Shown piece by piece: positions 19,364 through 30,975 of a stretch of 64,000 bases of DNA. A program made the position numbers and the translations under genes. Origin of the DNA: Candidatus Aminicenantes bacterium (lineage in GTDB: Bacteria; Acidobacteriota; Aminicenantia; Aminicenantales; Saccharicenantaceae); the NCBI GenBank assembly GCA_963725825.1, contig CAVSAI010000020.1:26995-90994 (forward strand). The letters are read 5' to 3'. The notes under the pieces were generated by a model. That model did no database searches and was not told the DNA's origin. It saw only the letters and a list, made by a program, of their open reading frames with translations. Every line of letters begins with the position of its first letter. Within the stretch, counting starts at the first letter, position 1.

Positions 19364-20671
19364 TTGGAAGACATGCTGATCCGCATCGAAAAGATCGTCT
19401 ATCCCGGGAGGCGGCTGGGCCTCAGGGAAGGCAAGGTCGTCTTCACGGACCGCGGGCTTCCGGGCGAGACCGTCGAGGTCGAGGTCTTCAAGGACCGCCG
19501 GAGCTACGCCGAGGCGCGGACGGTCCGGATCGTCGAGCCGTCCCCGGCGCGGGTCGAGCCGCGATGCGCCCACTACCTGGCCTGCTCGCCCTACCAGGAC
19601 ATGGACTACGGCCTCGAGATCGAGGTGAAGCGGACGCAGGTCGTGGAGATCCTGACGCGCGAGCTCAGGAGGCCGGTCAAGCACTTCGAGATGACGCCGT
19701 CGCCGCAGGTCTGGGGCTATAGGAACAAGATCGGACTGCGGGTCCTAAGGGAGGACGGCCAGGCCAAGTTCGTTTACCACGAACCCGGGGAGCAGGAGTC
19801 GTTCGTCGCCGTCGACCGGTGCTATCTCGCCGCGGACCGGGTGAACGATCTCATGACGGGCCTTCTCCGGGCGATCAACGAGGTCCCGCTGCCGACCGTG
19901 GAGGGCGTCGAGATCAGGACGAGCGCGTCGAGCGGCGAGTCGCTCGTCCTCTGCCACCTGGATTCGGAGACGGGGACGGCGGCCGTGTCCGAGGCGTTCG
20001 GCGGGCTCAAGCGCGAGTTCGGCCTGGTCGGGGCGATGGCGTCGATCTTCGACGGGAAGCACTTCCGGGACGAGAAGCTCTTCGGGCGGGACTTCATCGA
20101 AGAGAGGACGGGCGGCCTCGTCTTCCGCGTCGGGGCGCGGTCCTTCTTCCAGACGAACGTCGGCATCCTCGAGCGCGTCTTCGAGGATGTGGCCCACGCG
20201 GCCGGACCGGTGAGCGAGGGGGTCATCGCCGATCTCTATTGCGGGGTGGGGACGTTCGGCCTGTTCCTGGCGAAACGGTCCCGGGAGGTGTTCGGCGTCG
20301 AGCCGGAGGCCGGGAACGTCGCTTTCCTGAAGAAGAACCTGGCCCTCAACGGCATCGGCAACTTCGCCGTCTGCGAAGGGACGGCCGAGGAGTGGCTGCC
20401 GGAGATCCTGCAGCGCGAGCCGGCCGTCGTCGTCCTCGACCCGCCGCGCCGGGGCGTCGATCCGGGGATCGTGAGCGAGCTCGTCGACGATCCGGTGCCG
20501 CGGATCATCTACCTGTCCTGCAACCCGACGACGCTGGCCAGGGACCTCAAGGGGTTCCTCGCGGGCTACGACCTCGTCGATGTCCGGGTCTACGATTTCT
20601 TCCCGCACACCCCGCACATCGAGACCCTGGCCGTCCTCGACCGGCGCAAGCCCGAGATCATCGCCATATGA
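19364..20671 (+). CDS. rlmD: 23S rRNA (uracil-5-)-methyltransferase, TRAM domain
   Basis: GYRNK, SFFQTN, DLYCGVG, DPPRRG, YLSCNPTTLARD, DFFPHTPHIE. Confidence 0.9.
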   Translation: MEDMLIRIEKIVYPGRRLGLREGKVVFTDRGLPGETVEVEVFKDRRSYAEARTVRIVEPSPARVEPRCAHYLACSPYQDMDYGLEIEVKRTQVVEILTRELRRPVKHFEMTPSPQVWGYRNKIGLRVLREDGQAKFVYHEPGEQESFVAVDRCYLAADRVNDLMTGLLRAINEVPLPTVEGVEIRTSASSGESLVLCHLDSETGTAAVSEAFGGLKREFGLVGAMASIFDGKHFRDEKLFGRDFIEERTGGLVFRVGARSFFQTNVGILERVFEDVAHAAGPVSEGVIADLYCGVGTFGLFLAKRSREVFGVEPEAGNVAFLKKNLALNGIGNFAVCEGTAEEWLPEILQREPAVVVLDPPRRGVDPGIVSELVDDPVPRIIYLSCNPTTLARDLKGFLAGYDLVDVRVYDFFPHTPHIETLAVLDRRKPEIIAI

Positions 20672-22773
20672 GGACGTCGGCGGGCCGGAGGGGATTTGAC
20701 CCGAGGACGATCCTGGCGCCCGGCTCGGTCGGGACGGCGAAGGGCCGCGACGAATAGTTGACGGCGACGAAGAAGCCGTCGCGCCACTCGACATAGACGC
20801 CCGGCGGATAGGATGCGGGCCCGGCGCCGGCCCGCTCATAGACGAGGTGCACAACCTCCCGTTCGAGCGATCCGTCGATGGTGTCGGCCCCGATGTAGGT
20901 CACGGTGCCGCGGCCGAGCCTGCGGGTCACGACGGCCGGCTTGCCGGCATAGAATTGATCGGCGTAGACGGCGAGCGTCTCCGTTCCCCCGGCGGGCTTG
21001 AGGACATCCGCCCACGTATTCCAGGCGTAGCCCTTCCCGCCCATCCGGACGACTCCCTTGTCATCCGCGAGCAGACAATCGAAGAGCTCGACCTCGGCTC
21101 CGATGAGCGGCGCGACGAGCCCGGCCCAGGGCATCTCCGGGAGCTGGCCGCTCTTCGTTTTTTGACCCGTCCGGCAGGTCAGGACGAGGTGTCCTCCGCT
21201 CTCGACATACCGCGTCCACTTCGCGACGAGAGCTTCGTCGACGAGCTGGTAGGCCGGGGCGACGAGGAAGGGATAGGCCGAGAAGTCGTCCGCCTCGCCG
21301 ACGTAATCGAGCGGCGCGCCGGCCGCCTTGATCGCGGCCATGAGCTTGAAGCGGTGGTCCCAGGTGTTCCAGAGCTCGGTCTGCTTATGGATCTCGAGGT
21401 CCCACATGACGTCTTGGCTCCAGAGGAAGGCCGTCCGCCGCGCGGCGATCCGCTCCGGCATCCTGGCGGCCGGATCGTAGAGCTTGCGGATCTCCTTCAT
21501 TTCGGAGATGACGCGGGCGAATTCGAGACCGCCCGGCGACGGCGTGACGCCGTCCGGGCCGACGATCCCGGCGTGATAGAGCTCGCTGCCGTAGAGCGGC
21601 TGGCGGAAGCGGTAGGTGCAGGCGAACGAGAGGCCGCCGCCGAACGCGTGCCACAGCCACATGCGGACGGCCCCGGGCTCGGGCTGGGGATTCGTCTTGG
21701 CCCAGTTGACCTGGCCCGGCTGAAGCTCCATGACGCCCGTGACGCCCTTGAAGGACCGGAAATAGTCGACGGCCATGGCCAGCCGCCAGGGGTTGCCCAG
21801 CCGGAAGCCGAGCTCGCCCAGGTTCTTCTCGCCGCGCACGGGGTACATGGTGAAGGAGATGAAGTCGAGCCTGTCGGTCCGCCGCGGGTCGGCCGAATCG
21901 GTGACGTTCATGTAGTTCGTCGTGATCCACTGCTCGGGACGCGCGAGCCCGCGGAGGATGTCATATTGGAGGTGGAGGTATTCGGCCTGCGTGTCGGCCG
22001 TGAAGCGGCGGAAATCGAGGACGGCGTGCGGGCTCAGGGCGTCCTCGCCGAAGAGGGTCTCGTTGGGGATGAGGACCTGGGCGAAGGAATCGTACTTTGG
22101 TGCTCCAGAAGGCGCCGCCCCAGGCCGCGTTCATCTTTTCGACCGTGCCGTACTTGCGCTCGAGCCAGGCCTGGAACTTGAGCCGGGCCGAGGGGCTGTA
22201 GTCGGGCGGGCCGTAGGGCTCGTTGTCGAGCTGCCAGCCCCAGACGCGCGGGTCCTGCCCGTAGCGGCGGCCGAGCTCGGCCACGATCCTCTTGGTGTAA
22301 CGGACGAAGACGTCGTTCGCGAGCGACACATTGGCGCGCGTGCCGTGCTCCAGGCGACGGCCGTCTCCGCGGACGAGGTAGATCTCCGGGAATTTCTCCC
22401 CGAGCCAGGCCGGCGGACAGGGCGTCGGGGTGCACAGGATGACTTTGAGCCCGGCGCGAGCGGCCAGGTCGACGGCCCGGTCGAGCCAGGCGAAATCGAA
22501 GGTGCCGTCGGAGGGCTCGAGGAAGGCCCAGGCGAATTCCCCGAAATGAGTGAACTCGAAGCCGAGGTCGGCGATCTTCCGCAAGTCGCGCGCCCATTCC
22601 GACTCGGGCCACTGCTCGGGGTAGTAATAGACGCCGATCTTCATCAGGTCGGCCTTGGGGAAAAAGCGCTGGGCCTCGGGAGAAGACGCCGGAGCGGGCG
22701 GCCTGGCGAAGGACAGAGCGGCCAGCAGGAATGGGACGACGAGCGTCGAGACGCGAGCGCGATTCTCTTTCAT
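20658..22773 (-). CDS. GH42 beta-galactosidase with signal peptide (frameshift near 22097)
   Basis: GVYYYPEQW, GEFAW, WQLDNEP, MELQPGQVNW, trimerisation domain; one extra A breaks the frame. Confidence 0.92.
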
Positions 22774-22793
22774 GGTTTGGCTCCTTGCCGGTC

Positions 22794-23857
22794 TCAGCCT
22801 GTGCTCCGGCCTGCCGCTTTGTCCTTGAACCGTCCCGCCAGCTGACCGCAGGCCGCGGCGATATCGGCGCCTTTCGACAGGCGCACGGTCGTGCCGACCT
22901 TGCGCTCCTCGAGCCAACGCCTGAACCGGGCCACGTCGGCCTCGGTCGGCGTCTCGAAGCCGGCTCCCTCGATGGGGCTGTAGGCGATCAGGTTGACCTT
23001 GGCCCGGAGCCGCCTGGCGATGGCGGCCAGGCCGTCGGCGTCATCGAGCGAATCATTGAGCCCCCGGATGAGGATGTACTCGAGAGTGATCATCCGTCCG
23101 CCGGAACGGATATAGGCTTCGGCCGCGTCCACGACCTGCTCGAGCGGAAAGCGGCGGTTGATGGGCATGAGCCGGTCCCGAAGCCGGTCGGTGACGGCGT
23201 GGAGCGAGATCGAGACGTTGATCTGGAGGTCGAGCGCCTCGAGCCGCTTGAAGGCGTCGACGAAGCCCGCCGTCGAAACGGTGATCCGCCGGGCGGCGAT
23301 GGCCAGCCCCTCGGGGGCGTTCATGATGCGGATGGCCTTCTCGACGTTGGTCCAATTGTCGAGGGGCTCGCCCATGCCCATGAAGACATAGTTGGTCAAG
23401 CCGCGGCCGAGGGCGCGCTCGAGGAAGAGGACCTGGCCGATGATCTCGGACGGGGCGAGGTTCCGCTTGAAGCCGTGGCGGCCGCTGGCGCAGAAGGCGC
23501 AGGCGAACTTGCAGCCGACCTGGGTCGAGAGGCAGACGGTCAGGCGGCTCCCGGCCGGGATGAGGACGGTCTCGATGTGCTCGCCGTCGCGGAGCCGGAA
23601 GAGGAACTTCGTCGTCCCGTCGGGCGAGGACCGCTTGTCGGCGAGCACGAGCGGCCCCGAAGGCGAACTTGGCGGCGAGCTTCTCGCGCAGCGGCTTCGG
23701 CAGGCTGGTGAACTCCTCGAATCGGGCCGCTCTTCTTCTTATAGAGCCAATCGAAGATCTGGCCCGCCCGGAACGGCCTCTCCCCCATCGCCTCGAGCTC
23801 CGCCCGCAGCTCGACGAGCGTCAGGTCGCGGATGTCAATTCGGGGACTCAATACCAT
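22794..23857 (-). CDS. rlmN: 23S rRNA (adenine(2503)-C2)-methyltransferase (frameshifts near 23730 and 23655)
   Basis: FRAGQIFDWLY, DGTTKFLF, CLSTQVGCKFACAFCASG, FMGMGEPL, DIAAACGQL. Confidence 0.95.
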
Positions 23858-23955
23858 ATCGCCGATTTTATCACACAATGGGTGCTCGTTCGCCCGCGTA
23901 GCGAGTCATCCGTTTGACCACGATAATTGGGGAAATGGTATTGTGTCCCCGATTT
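23837..23955. repeat. REP/MITE-like element with ~34 bp imperfect terminal inverted repeats
   Basis: AATTCGGGGACTCAATACCATATCGCCGATTTTATC (23837-23872) versus the reverse complement of 23922-23955, AAATCGGGGACACAATACCATTTCCCCAATTATC. Confidence 0.8.
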
Positions 23956-26066
23956 AGTCGGATGTTCACCATGAGCCAGAGGAGGAAGATGATGACGCCG
24001 ACGAGGAGCCAGCAGCCGCCGAAGCCGAGGAGGTCGATGAGCTTCGGCTTCATGATCTCCCAGTTCGAGCCGGGCCTGAGCTTGCGGGCCTCGATCTCCT
24101 CGTAGTGTTCGACGGCGTGGCGCAGGGCCCGCTCCTCCTCCTCGGCCGTCGGCTGGACCGGCGTGTGGACCCTGGCGAAGAAACGGTCCAGGTCCGGCCT
24201 TGGGCACGGGCTTGGTGAAAGCGCTGAGCAGGAAGAGCAGGACGAACGGGAACACGGCGTCGAAGCCGAACCGCACGGCGCTCAGCTGGGCCTTGGAGAA
24301 GCCGGCGAAATCGATCCCGAGCCAGCTCAGCACCCAGAGCTCGGCGTTGAACCGGCCGATCCCGACCTTTGCCGATGAGGGGTCCTTGGGATCGCTCAGG
24401 GCGACCTTCTCGTAGAAGATGCCCTGGGGCGGATTCGTGTGCTCTTTGCGGATGACCTGGCCGACTCGGGCCGCGCGCCCGGCCCCGACGTCCTCGCGGA
24501 CGGCCTGGGTCGTGATGGTGACCGTCTGGGCCCGGGTCTCGCGCAGGAAGCCCGGCTTCGTCCGCGCCCACTCGAGCGATTGGAACACGTTGGGGATGAA
24601 GGCGTAGATGGCGAAGCAGATGAAGACCTGGGCGATGACCGCGGACCGCGTCACCCGCCGCCACAGGAAGCCGAGCCAGATCGCCGCGCCGAAGATGGCC
24701 GGGAGCGAGATGAAGTACTTGAACATGTCGAGCAGGTTGCCGATGAAGAGGGCCACGCCGACGCCGCCGAGCAGGGTGGCGCCGATGGCGACGCGCCCGA
24801 CGTTGATCAGGTGGCGGTCCGACTTGGGCTTGACGAAGGGCTGATAGAGATTGTCGGATGAAGAGGGCCGAATACGAGACGCTCGACCCGGCCAGGCTCG
24901 ACATCTTGGCCGACAGCACCCCGGCCATCATCAGCCCGATCGCCCCCGGGAAAAGCAAGATCCATGGTCATGTGGCCCCAGATGAGGTCGGGGTCGTGGA
25001 GCTGGCCCGAGTAAAGGGCGATGGCCAGGAGCCCGGTCAGGGCCCAGAAGATCATGATGAAGCGCTTGAAGAACATGCCCCCGATCATGCCGACGCGGGC
25101 GGTCATCTCGTTCTTGGCCGAGCCGGCCGTCTGCATGCCCGTGGCCACGGCGATGATGGAGACGAGGTTGGCCAGGACCATGGCCAGGATCGTGTACCAG
25201 GCATACTCGCTCGTCGCCGCCGACCCGAAGAGCTTGAACATGAAGTCCGGGACCGCGGCGTGGAGGCCGGCGAATCCGCCGATGCGGTGCAGGGCGATGG
25301 GAATGAGCATCAGCGAGAACGTCGTCAGCAGGAACCCCTGGATGACGTCGGTGATGGCCGCGGCGAAGAAGCCGCCCATCATCGTGTAGATCGCGACGAT
25401 GACCGTATAGATGAGGTAGATCGAAACGGAATCGGTATAGGAGATGAAGGCTTTGAGCTCGCCTTTCTTCTGCCGCTCGCCGAGCTCGGCCAGGCGCGCC
25501 GCCCCGACCGGATCGAGCCCGCTTGTGTCCGCCTTCGTCTGGAGGGCGCGGTACTCGTTGAACAGGTCGACGCTCTGCCGCTCGGCGACGGTGTACTTCA
25601 CGGCGGGCTTGGGCGTCAGGGCCATCATGGTCTTGGCCGCGACCATGTAGCCGACGCCGTTGCCGAGGAAGGCCATGAACAGCGTGAAGACGGCAAAGGC
25701 GGCGCCCAGGAAGCGGCTCTTGAACCGCTCGGTGAAGAAATCGCCGATCGTCACCAGCCGGACGCGGCGGAAGAAGGCCGTGGTGAACCAGTAGAACGGC
25801 GTCAGGAAGAGGACGAGATACTGGATCCACATCCCGCCGATGCCCTGGCGATAGACCTCGCGGGAGACGACGATGGCCTGGTCGGCATTGGTCGAGGTGC
25901 CGAGGTTGAGGAAGAACTGGTAGAACTTGCCCAGCCGCCGGCCGGCGACATAGAAGTCCTCGGTCGTCTTCGTCCGGCGCGAAGCCCGCCAGCCGAGCCA
26001 GAGCACGACCAGGATGAAGACGAGGACGATCGTGAAATCGAGGACGTGCAGACCGAATATTGTCAA
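23871..26066 (-). CDS. Sodium:solute symporter family protein (three frameshifts near 24958, 24855, 24195)
   Basis: EDFYVAGRRLG, TIGDFFTERF, YTMMGGFFAAAITDVIQG, many TM helices spread over four ORF fragments. Confidence 0.9.
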
Positions 26067-26067
26067 A

Positions 26068-27658
26068 TCAGAAGGTCCCGGAATACTTGAGCCAGAGGTC
26101 GTCGCCGAGCTTCCAGTAGGCCGCGACGGCGTCGTTGGCCAGGTCCTGGGAGTACTTCGTCAGGAGGTCCCGGGCTTTCTTCGGGTCTTTCTTGTAAAGA
26201 GCCAGCGCCTCCTCCTCGAATTTGGCCTGGTCGGCGAAGGCCTTGTCCTCGATCGGCTTCCAGACCTTCTCGATGTCCTGAGACATCTCCTGGAAGCGGA
26301 AATTGGCCAGCCGGCTGACCGTCCGGTAGGCCCACCAGGCGCATTCCCGGCTGAAGGCCCAACGGCCGTCGACCATGTAGGACGCCGGCATCTGGGAGAT
26401 CCCGATATAGAAAGGAAGGTGCGGGGTCGTCGCCGGGTTGTCGTAGCCGAGCCAGACCAGGCCGCCGATCGGTCCCGGCAGCCAGTCGCGCGACTGCGTG
26501 ATCTGGAGGTAGGTCGCCGCGGGCGAGCAGATCGTCCGCTCCCTCTTCAGGCGGAAGAGGGCCAGCGTGTCGCCGTTCATGAACGGGGTCGCGACCGGGC
26601 TCTTGACGGTCTCGCCCTTCCGGTTGACGGCCGTCAGCGTCCGGGTCATGTCGTACTCGGTCCCGCCGTAGGTGTCCCGGAAGATGGCCAGCACGTCGGC
26701 GACGCTGACCTTCTTGTCGGGCTTGACCGAAAAGGGATAATTCTCGGACTCGGGGTTGAGCTTGAGCGACGGCGCGAGCAGGCTCAGGACCCGCCACTCG
26801 CGGCGCCGGCAGTAGAGGCTCGTCCGCGAATCCGGATCGTAGGCATAGGTGAACTCGAAGGGCCGGCCGCTCGCCTTCGACCAATAGCCCAGTCTCCTCG
26901 GCCAGCGCGGTGACGTTGGCCGAGGCCATGTAAAAGTCGCTTTTCGAGAGGTCGATCTCGCGGATCCGCCCGGCGTTGGCCGACATCCCGATCTCGTCGT
27001 CCGGAACGCGCTGGGCCGCCCACACGGCGCCCTTCTTGCCCTTGCCCGGGCCGTGGATCTCGAAATGCCAGACCTCCTTCGTGTCGGCGAAGGTGAAGCA
27101 CTCGCCCCAGTCGTTGTAGCCGTAGGCCTTGGTCAGCTCGTCGGCGACGCGGATGGCCTCGCGGGCGGTCTTGGCCCGCTCGAGAACGAGCCGGTAGAGC
27201 TCGGGCGCGTCGATGATGCCGTTCTCGCTCATGAGCTCGCGGCGGCTGCCGATCGTCGTCTCGCCGATGGCCAGCTGGTGCTCGTTCATGATCGGGTAGG
27301 CCGCGTTGAGGAAGGCGTACGTCTCGGCGACCTGCGGGATCTCGCCCGTCTCCAGCCGGTCGGGATCGCTCGGCCCCTTGGTCCGCTTGGGCTCGTAATA
27401 GACCTTGGCCATCTCGCCGGGCTTGTGCTTCGCGTTCGGGACGATGGTCATCCAGGTCCGGTCCGTGCCCGAGTCGCAGGAATGCGAGGTCATGGTCGAG
27501 CCGTCGACCGAGGCCAGCCGCCCGACCAGGATGCTGGTGCAGGAATCGAACTCGAGCGGCTTGTCGCCGCGGCCCGGCGGCTGCGAAGCCGGCAGGAACG
27601 ACAGGGTCAGAACGGCCAACCCGAGGATCACAAAAGACAGGGATCTCGATCGTTTCAT
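26068..27658 (-). CDS. C69 family dipeptidase (Ntn hydrolase; frameshift near 26892)
   Basis: Signal peptide then CTSILVG, MNEHQLAIGETT, LERAKTAREAI, YGYNDWGE, WAAQRVPDD. Confidence 0.92.
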
Positions 27659-27765
27659 CGCGCGTCTCCTCACGGGCGTTTATAGCACGCCCTCATTGTG
27701 ATGGTCAATCGATCCGGGCTCGCGGGATTGACGCGCCCGGGCGTCTCTGCTATACGATGACATCC

Positions 27766-28675
27766 ATGTCCGACCCGGTCGCGCTCTCCCGCTCGCTCGG
27801 CGAGATCCTCGCCGCGGCGTCGGGCCTCGCCTGGGCCGTGGCGGTCGTTCTCTTCCGGGTCAGCGGCCGCCGCATCCACCCCGTCGGCCTCAATCTCGCC
27901 AAGACCGTCCTGGCCCTGATCGTCATGGTGCCGACGCTCCTCGTCCTCGGCCAGTCCTTCGCGCCGGCCGTGCCCCTCTCGACGACGGGCCTGCTCCTCG
28001 CTCAGCGGCGTCCTCGGCATCGCCGTCTCGGACACGCTCTTCTTCTACGCCCTCAACCGGCTCGGGGCCAGCCTGACCGCGATCGTCGACTGCTTCTACA
28101 GCCCTTTCGTCATCGCGCTGTCGTTCGCCATGCTCGGCGAGCGCCTGACGCCCGTCCAGCTCGTCGGGGCGGCGCTCGTCGTCTCCGCGGTCCTGACGCT
28201 CTCCAAGGAGGGCAAGCTCGAGAAGATCAGCCGGAAGGACCTGTCCGCCGGCATCCTCTACGGCATCCTGGCGATGTTCTTCGTCGCCTTCGGCATCGTC
28301 ATGGTCAAGCCCGTGCTGGGCTCGGTGTCGGTCTTCTGGGCGACGATGGTGCGGCTCGCCGGCGGCTCACTGGCGCTGGCCGTCCTCGTCCCCTTCCTCA
28401 GGAACAGGAGGGCCGTTCTCGCCCCGCTCCTTGTGCTCCGGAACTGGAAAGCCCTCGCCCCCGCGGCGTTCTTCGGGTCCTACCTTTCGCTCTTCCTGTG
28501 GATGGGCGGGATGAAGTACGCCAAGGCCTCGGTCGCGGCCGTCCTCAATCAGCTCAACACGATCTTCATCGTCATCATCGCCGCGATATTCCTCAAGGAA
28601 CGGCTGACGGGCTGGAAGATCCTGGCGGTCGTCCTGGCCTTCGTCGGGGCCTATCTCGCCTCGATGCCTTTCTAG
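27766..28675 (+). CDS. DMT/EamA family transporter (frameshift near 28002)
   Basis: Two EamA repeats (LGERLT, FLKERLT); TTGACG...TATACGAT promoter at 27728-27758 favours start 27766 over 27757. Confidence 0.9.
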
Positions 28676-28685
28676 GCCCGGGAGC

Positions 28686-29524
28686 CTACTTGGCCTGGGC
28701 CAGCTTGACGTCGATCCAGAAGGAGTGTTTCTTATAGCGCGGGTCGCGGCTGTAGCTGAAGTCGGGGCCGCCCCCGCCTTCGCCGCACCGAGTCGCTGAA
28801 GCCGGAGTCGGAGGAGACTGCCCCTCCTCGGGCGACGCTGCCCGAGCTGGCCCGGTCGGCCATGACGTTCTTCATGATCTCCTTGGTCATGCCGCCCCAT
28901 TCGAAGCCGACCTTGATCTGCGCTTCCGGGCTGCACGGGGCCCGCCGCGTCGCCGATCCGGGCGAGAGGGATCTTGAATTCATAGACCGACACTTGTCCC
29001 TTCTGGACGGACCGGAAAAGCGCCGGCTCGAGGCCGCCCCCCGCCCCCTCGGCGCCCTTCTTCGGGGTGATCGCTTCTTCGAGGAAGACGGAATACTTCG
29101 TCTGCTTGCGGATCTCGGCCTTCCTCTCTTCGGTCACGGTCTCCCCTTTTTTTTCGAGCGAGGCGATGAGCTCGTCCGGGGTGAGCGTCTTTTGCATGAA
29201 CAGGACGCCCGTGTCCTTGCTCTTCTTCGGCCCGGCGGTGACGTAGATCTTCATGCCCGTGTAGTCGATCGTCGACCGGCCTATCTGATCGCGCAGGACC
29301 ATGACGATGTAAAGGTCCTTGCCGTCGTTCTTCATGGCGTACTGGGCGCCCGAGGCCTTGTCGAAGAGAGGGGTCGCGTCTTCCCATTCCTGGGCCACGC
29401 CGTCGACTGTCAGGGGGCGGGCTGTCCACAGGCTCTCGACGACCGGGTCCTTCGCAGACACCGGCGCCGCGAAGCCGATGACCGCGGCCGCGGCCAGGAT
29501 GAGCGCGAATTCCCGTTTCTTCAT
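28686..29524 (-). CDS. Secreted hypothetical protein, carbohydrate-binding/DOMON-like N-terminus (frameshifts near 28925 and 28780)
   Basis: Signal peptide, LTVDGVAQEW, NDGKDLY, YEFKIPL, IKVGFEWGG, ends FWIDVKLAQAK-TAG at 28686. Confidence 0.75.
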
Positions 29525-30159
29525 GATACCCCCCTCGGACCGGCGAGGATGCGGCCGATCTCCTCGACGGCCGAGGCGGCGTCGGGAGCGTAGCCGCGGG
29601 CGCGGATCTGATCGGCATAGTCGCGGGTGACGGGCGCCCCGCCGATGACGACGGGGATGCCGAGACCGGCCTTCTCGACGGCCTCGATCACCGCTTTCAT
29701 CTGGACCATCGTCGTCGTCAGCAGGGCCGAAAGGGCGATGACCCCGGCCCCGCTCGTCTTGGCGGCTTCGAGGTATTTCTCCGGCGCGACATCGACCCCG
29801 AGGTCGACGATCTTGTAGCCGTTGCCGCGGAGCATCATGGCCACGAGGTTCTTGCCGATGTCGTGGAGGTCCCCCTTGACCGTCCCGATGACGACGATGC
29901 CGCGGGGCTTGACCCCGGCCTTGGCCAGATGGGGCTCGAGCTTGGCCAACCCGGCGTTCATGGCCCGCGCGGCCACGAGGACCTCGGGGATGAAGACCTC
30001 GTTGTTCTTGAACTGGACGCCGAGACGTTCCATCCCGGGGATCAGGCCCTCGTTCAGGATGGTCCCGGCCGGCGTGCCCGCGGCCAGGGCCCGGTCGACG
30101 AGCGACTCGACCTCGGCCTTCTTCCCGGCGATCAGGGCTTCTTGCATCTCTTTGAGCAT
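29521..30159 (-). CDS. Corrinoid (cobalamin-binding) protein of the methyltransferase type
   Basis: GTVKGDLHDIGKNLV (DxHxxG), SALLTTT, IGGAP, plus cap domain. Confidence 0.95.
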   Translation of the reverse strand: MLKEMQEALIAGKKAEVESLVDRALAAGTPAGTILNEGLIPGMERLGVQFKNNEVFIPEVLVAARAMNAGLAKLEPHLAKAGVKPRGIVVIGTVKGDLHDIGKNLVAMMLRGNGYKIVDLGVDVAPEKYLEAAKTSGAGVIALSALLTTTMVQMKAVIEAVEKAGLGIPVVIGGAPVTRDYADQIRARGYAPDAASAVEEIGRILAGPRGVS

Positions 30160-30202
30160 CTCGATTCTCCTCCCGAAAAATGCGCGGCCGCGAGGGCCTA
30201 TC

Positions 30203-30937
30203 TCAATGGACGAATGGAAAGCTCAGATAAGCCTGGATGACCGAATTCCTGAGCGGCCCGGGGGGCAGGAAGGCGAGCGGCCCCGTGTACTCCCGGAGAA
30301 CATCGGTCAGGCCCGCTTGGTAGCGGACGTGGAAGAGAAGACCCATCCCCCGCCGCGGCTTGGTGATCGTCCAGGCCGCCTCAAAGAGGAGCCCGAAATC
30401 GGTCTTCTTGAAGTTGCCCGTGACGCTGCGCTTGAAAAGCAGCTCTCCGAAGAGGGGCCCCGCTTGCCGGGCCCTGTACTTCTCCTTCGCCGAACTGAGG
30501 AGGCCCAGGTAGGGGCCCGCGCCCACGCGGAAGCGGCCCAAGCGGTAGGTGACGAGGACCGGGATGTCCGTATAGGACAGGGCGAGCTCGGACGACTTCA
30601 GGTCCGCAAAGTAAGGATCGAGCGCCGGGTCGCCCGTCGTGAAGAAAGGGATCGTGGCGATGCCCTTGCGGGAGAACGGCATGATCTCGGGCACGAGCGA
30701 GAGGCGGTCGGTCAGGCGGACCGTGGCCGAGAGCCCGATGTTGAAGCCCCCGGTCCGCTCGGCACCCGACTCGGCCCCCGTCAAGTAGGCGATGTTCAGG
30801 CCGAATTTCAGGCTGAAATAGAGCTTCTCGGTGGCGACGCCGTCCCCGGCGATCTGGCTGATGATGGACGATTGGGACACGCCCGGCGCCGGGAACAGGC
30901 CGACGGCCAGCGCCAGAGCCGCGATCGTCCTTTTCAT
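30203..30937 (-). CDS. Outer membrane beta-barrel (porin family) protein
   Basis: Signal peptide, LKFGLN, LSYTDIPVL, VGAGPYLG, RYQAGLTDV. Confidence 0.82.
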   Translation of the reverse strand: MKRTIAALALAVGLFPAPGVSQSSIISQIAGDGVATEKLYFSLKFGLNIAYLTGAESGAERTGGFNIGLSATVRLTDRLSLVPEIMPFSRKGIATIPFFTTGDPALDPYFADLKSSELALSYTDIPVLVTYRLGRFRVGAGPYLGLLSSAKEKYRARQAGPLFGELLFKRSVTGNFKKTDFGLLFEAAWTITKPRRGMGLLFHVRYQAGLTDVLREYTGPLAFLPPGPLRNSVIQAYLSFPFVH

Positions 30938-30975
30938 AAGGACGCTAGGATATCCCAAGGCCCCCGCTTTTTCAA

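Noticed and set aside
15670-28930. Programmed frameshifting or pseudogenes
   Set aside because: No shared slippery motif, unrelated genes affected, and indels spatially clustered; assembly error is more likely.
29521-30200. Cobalamin riboswitch upstream of the corrinoid gene
   Set aside because: Only about 40 nt separate it from the upstream gene and no B12 box is visible.
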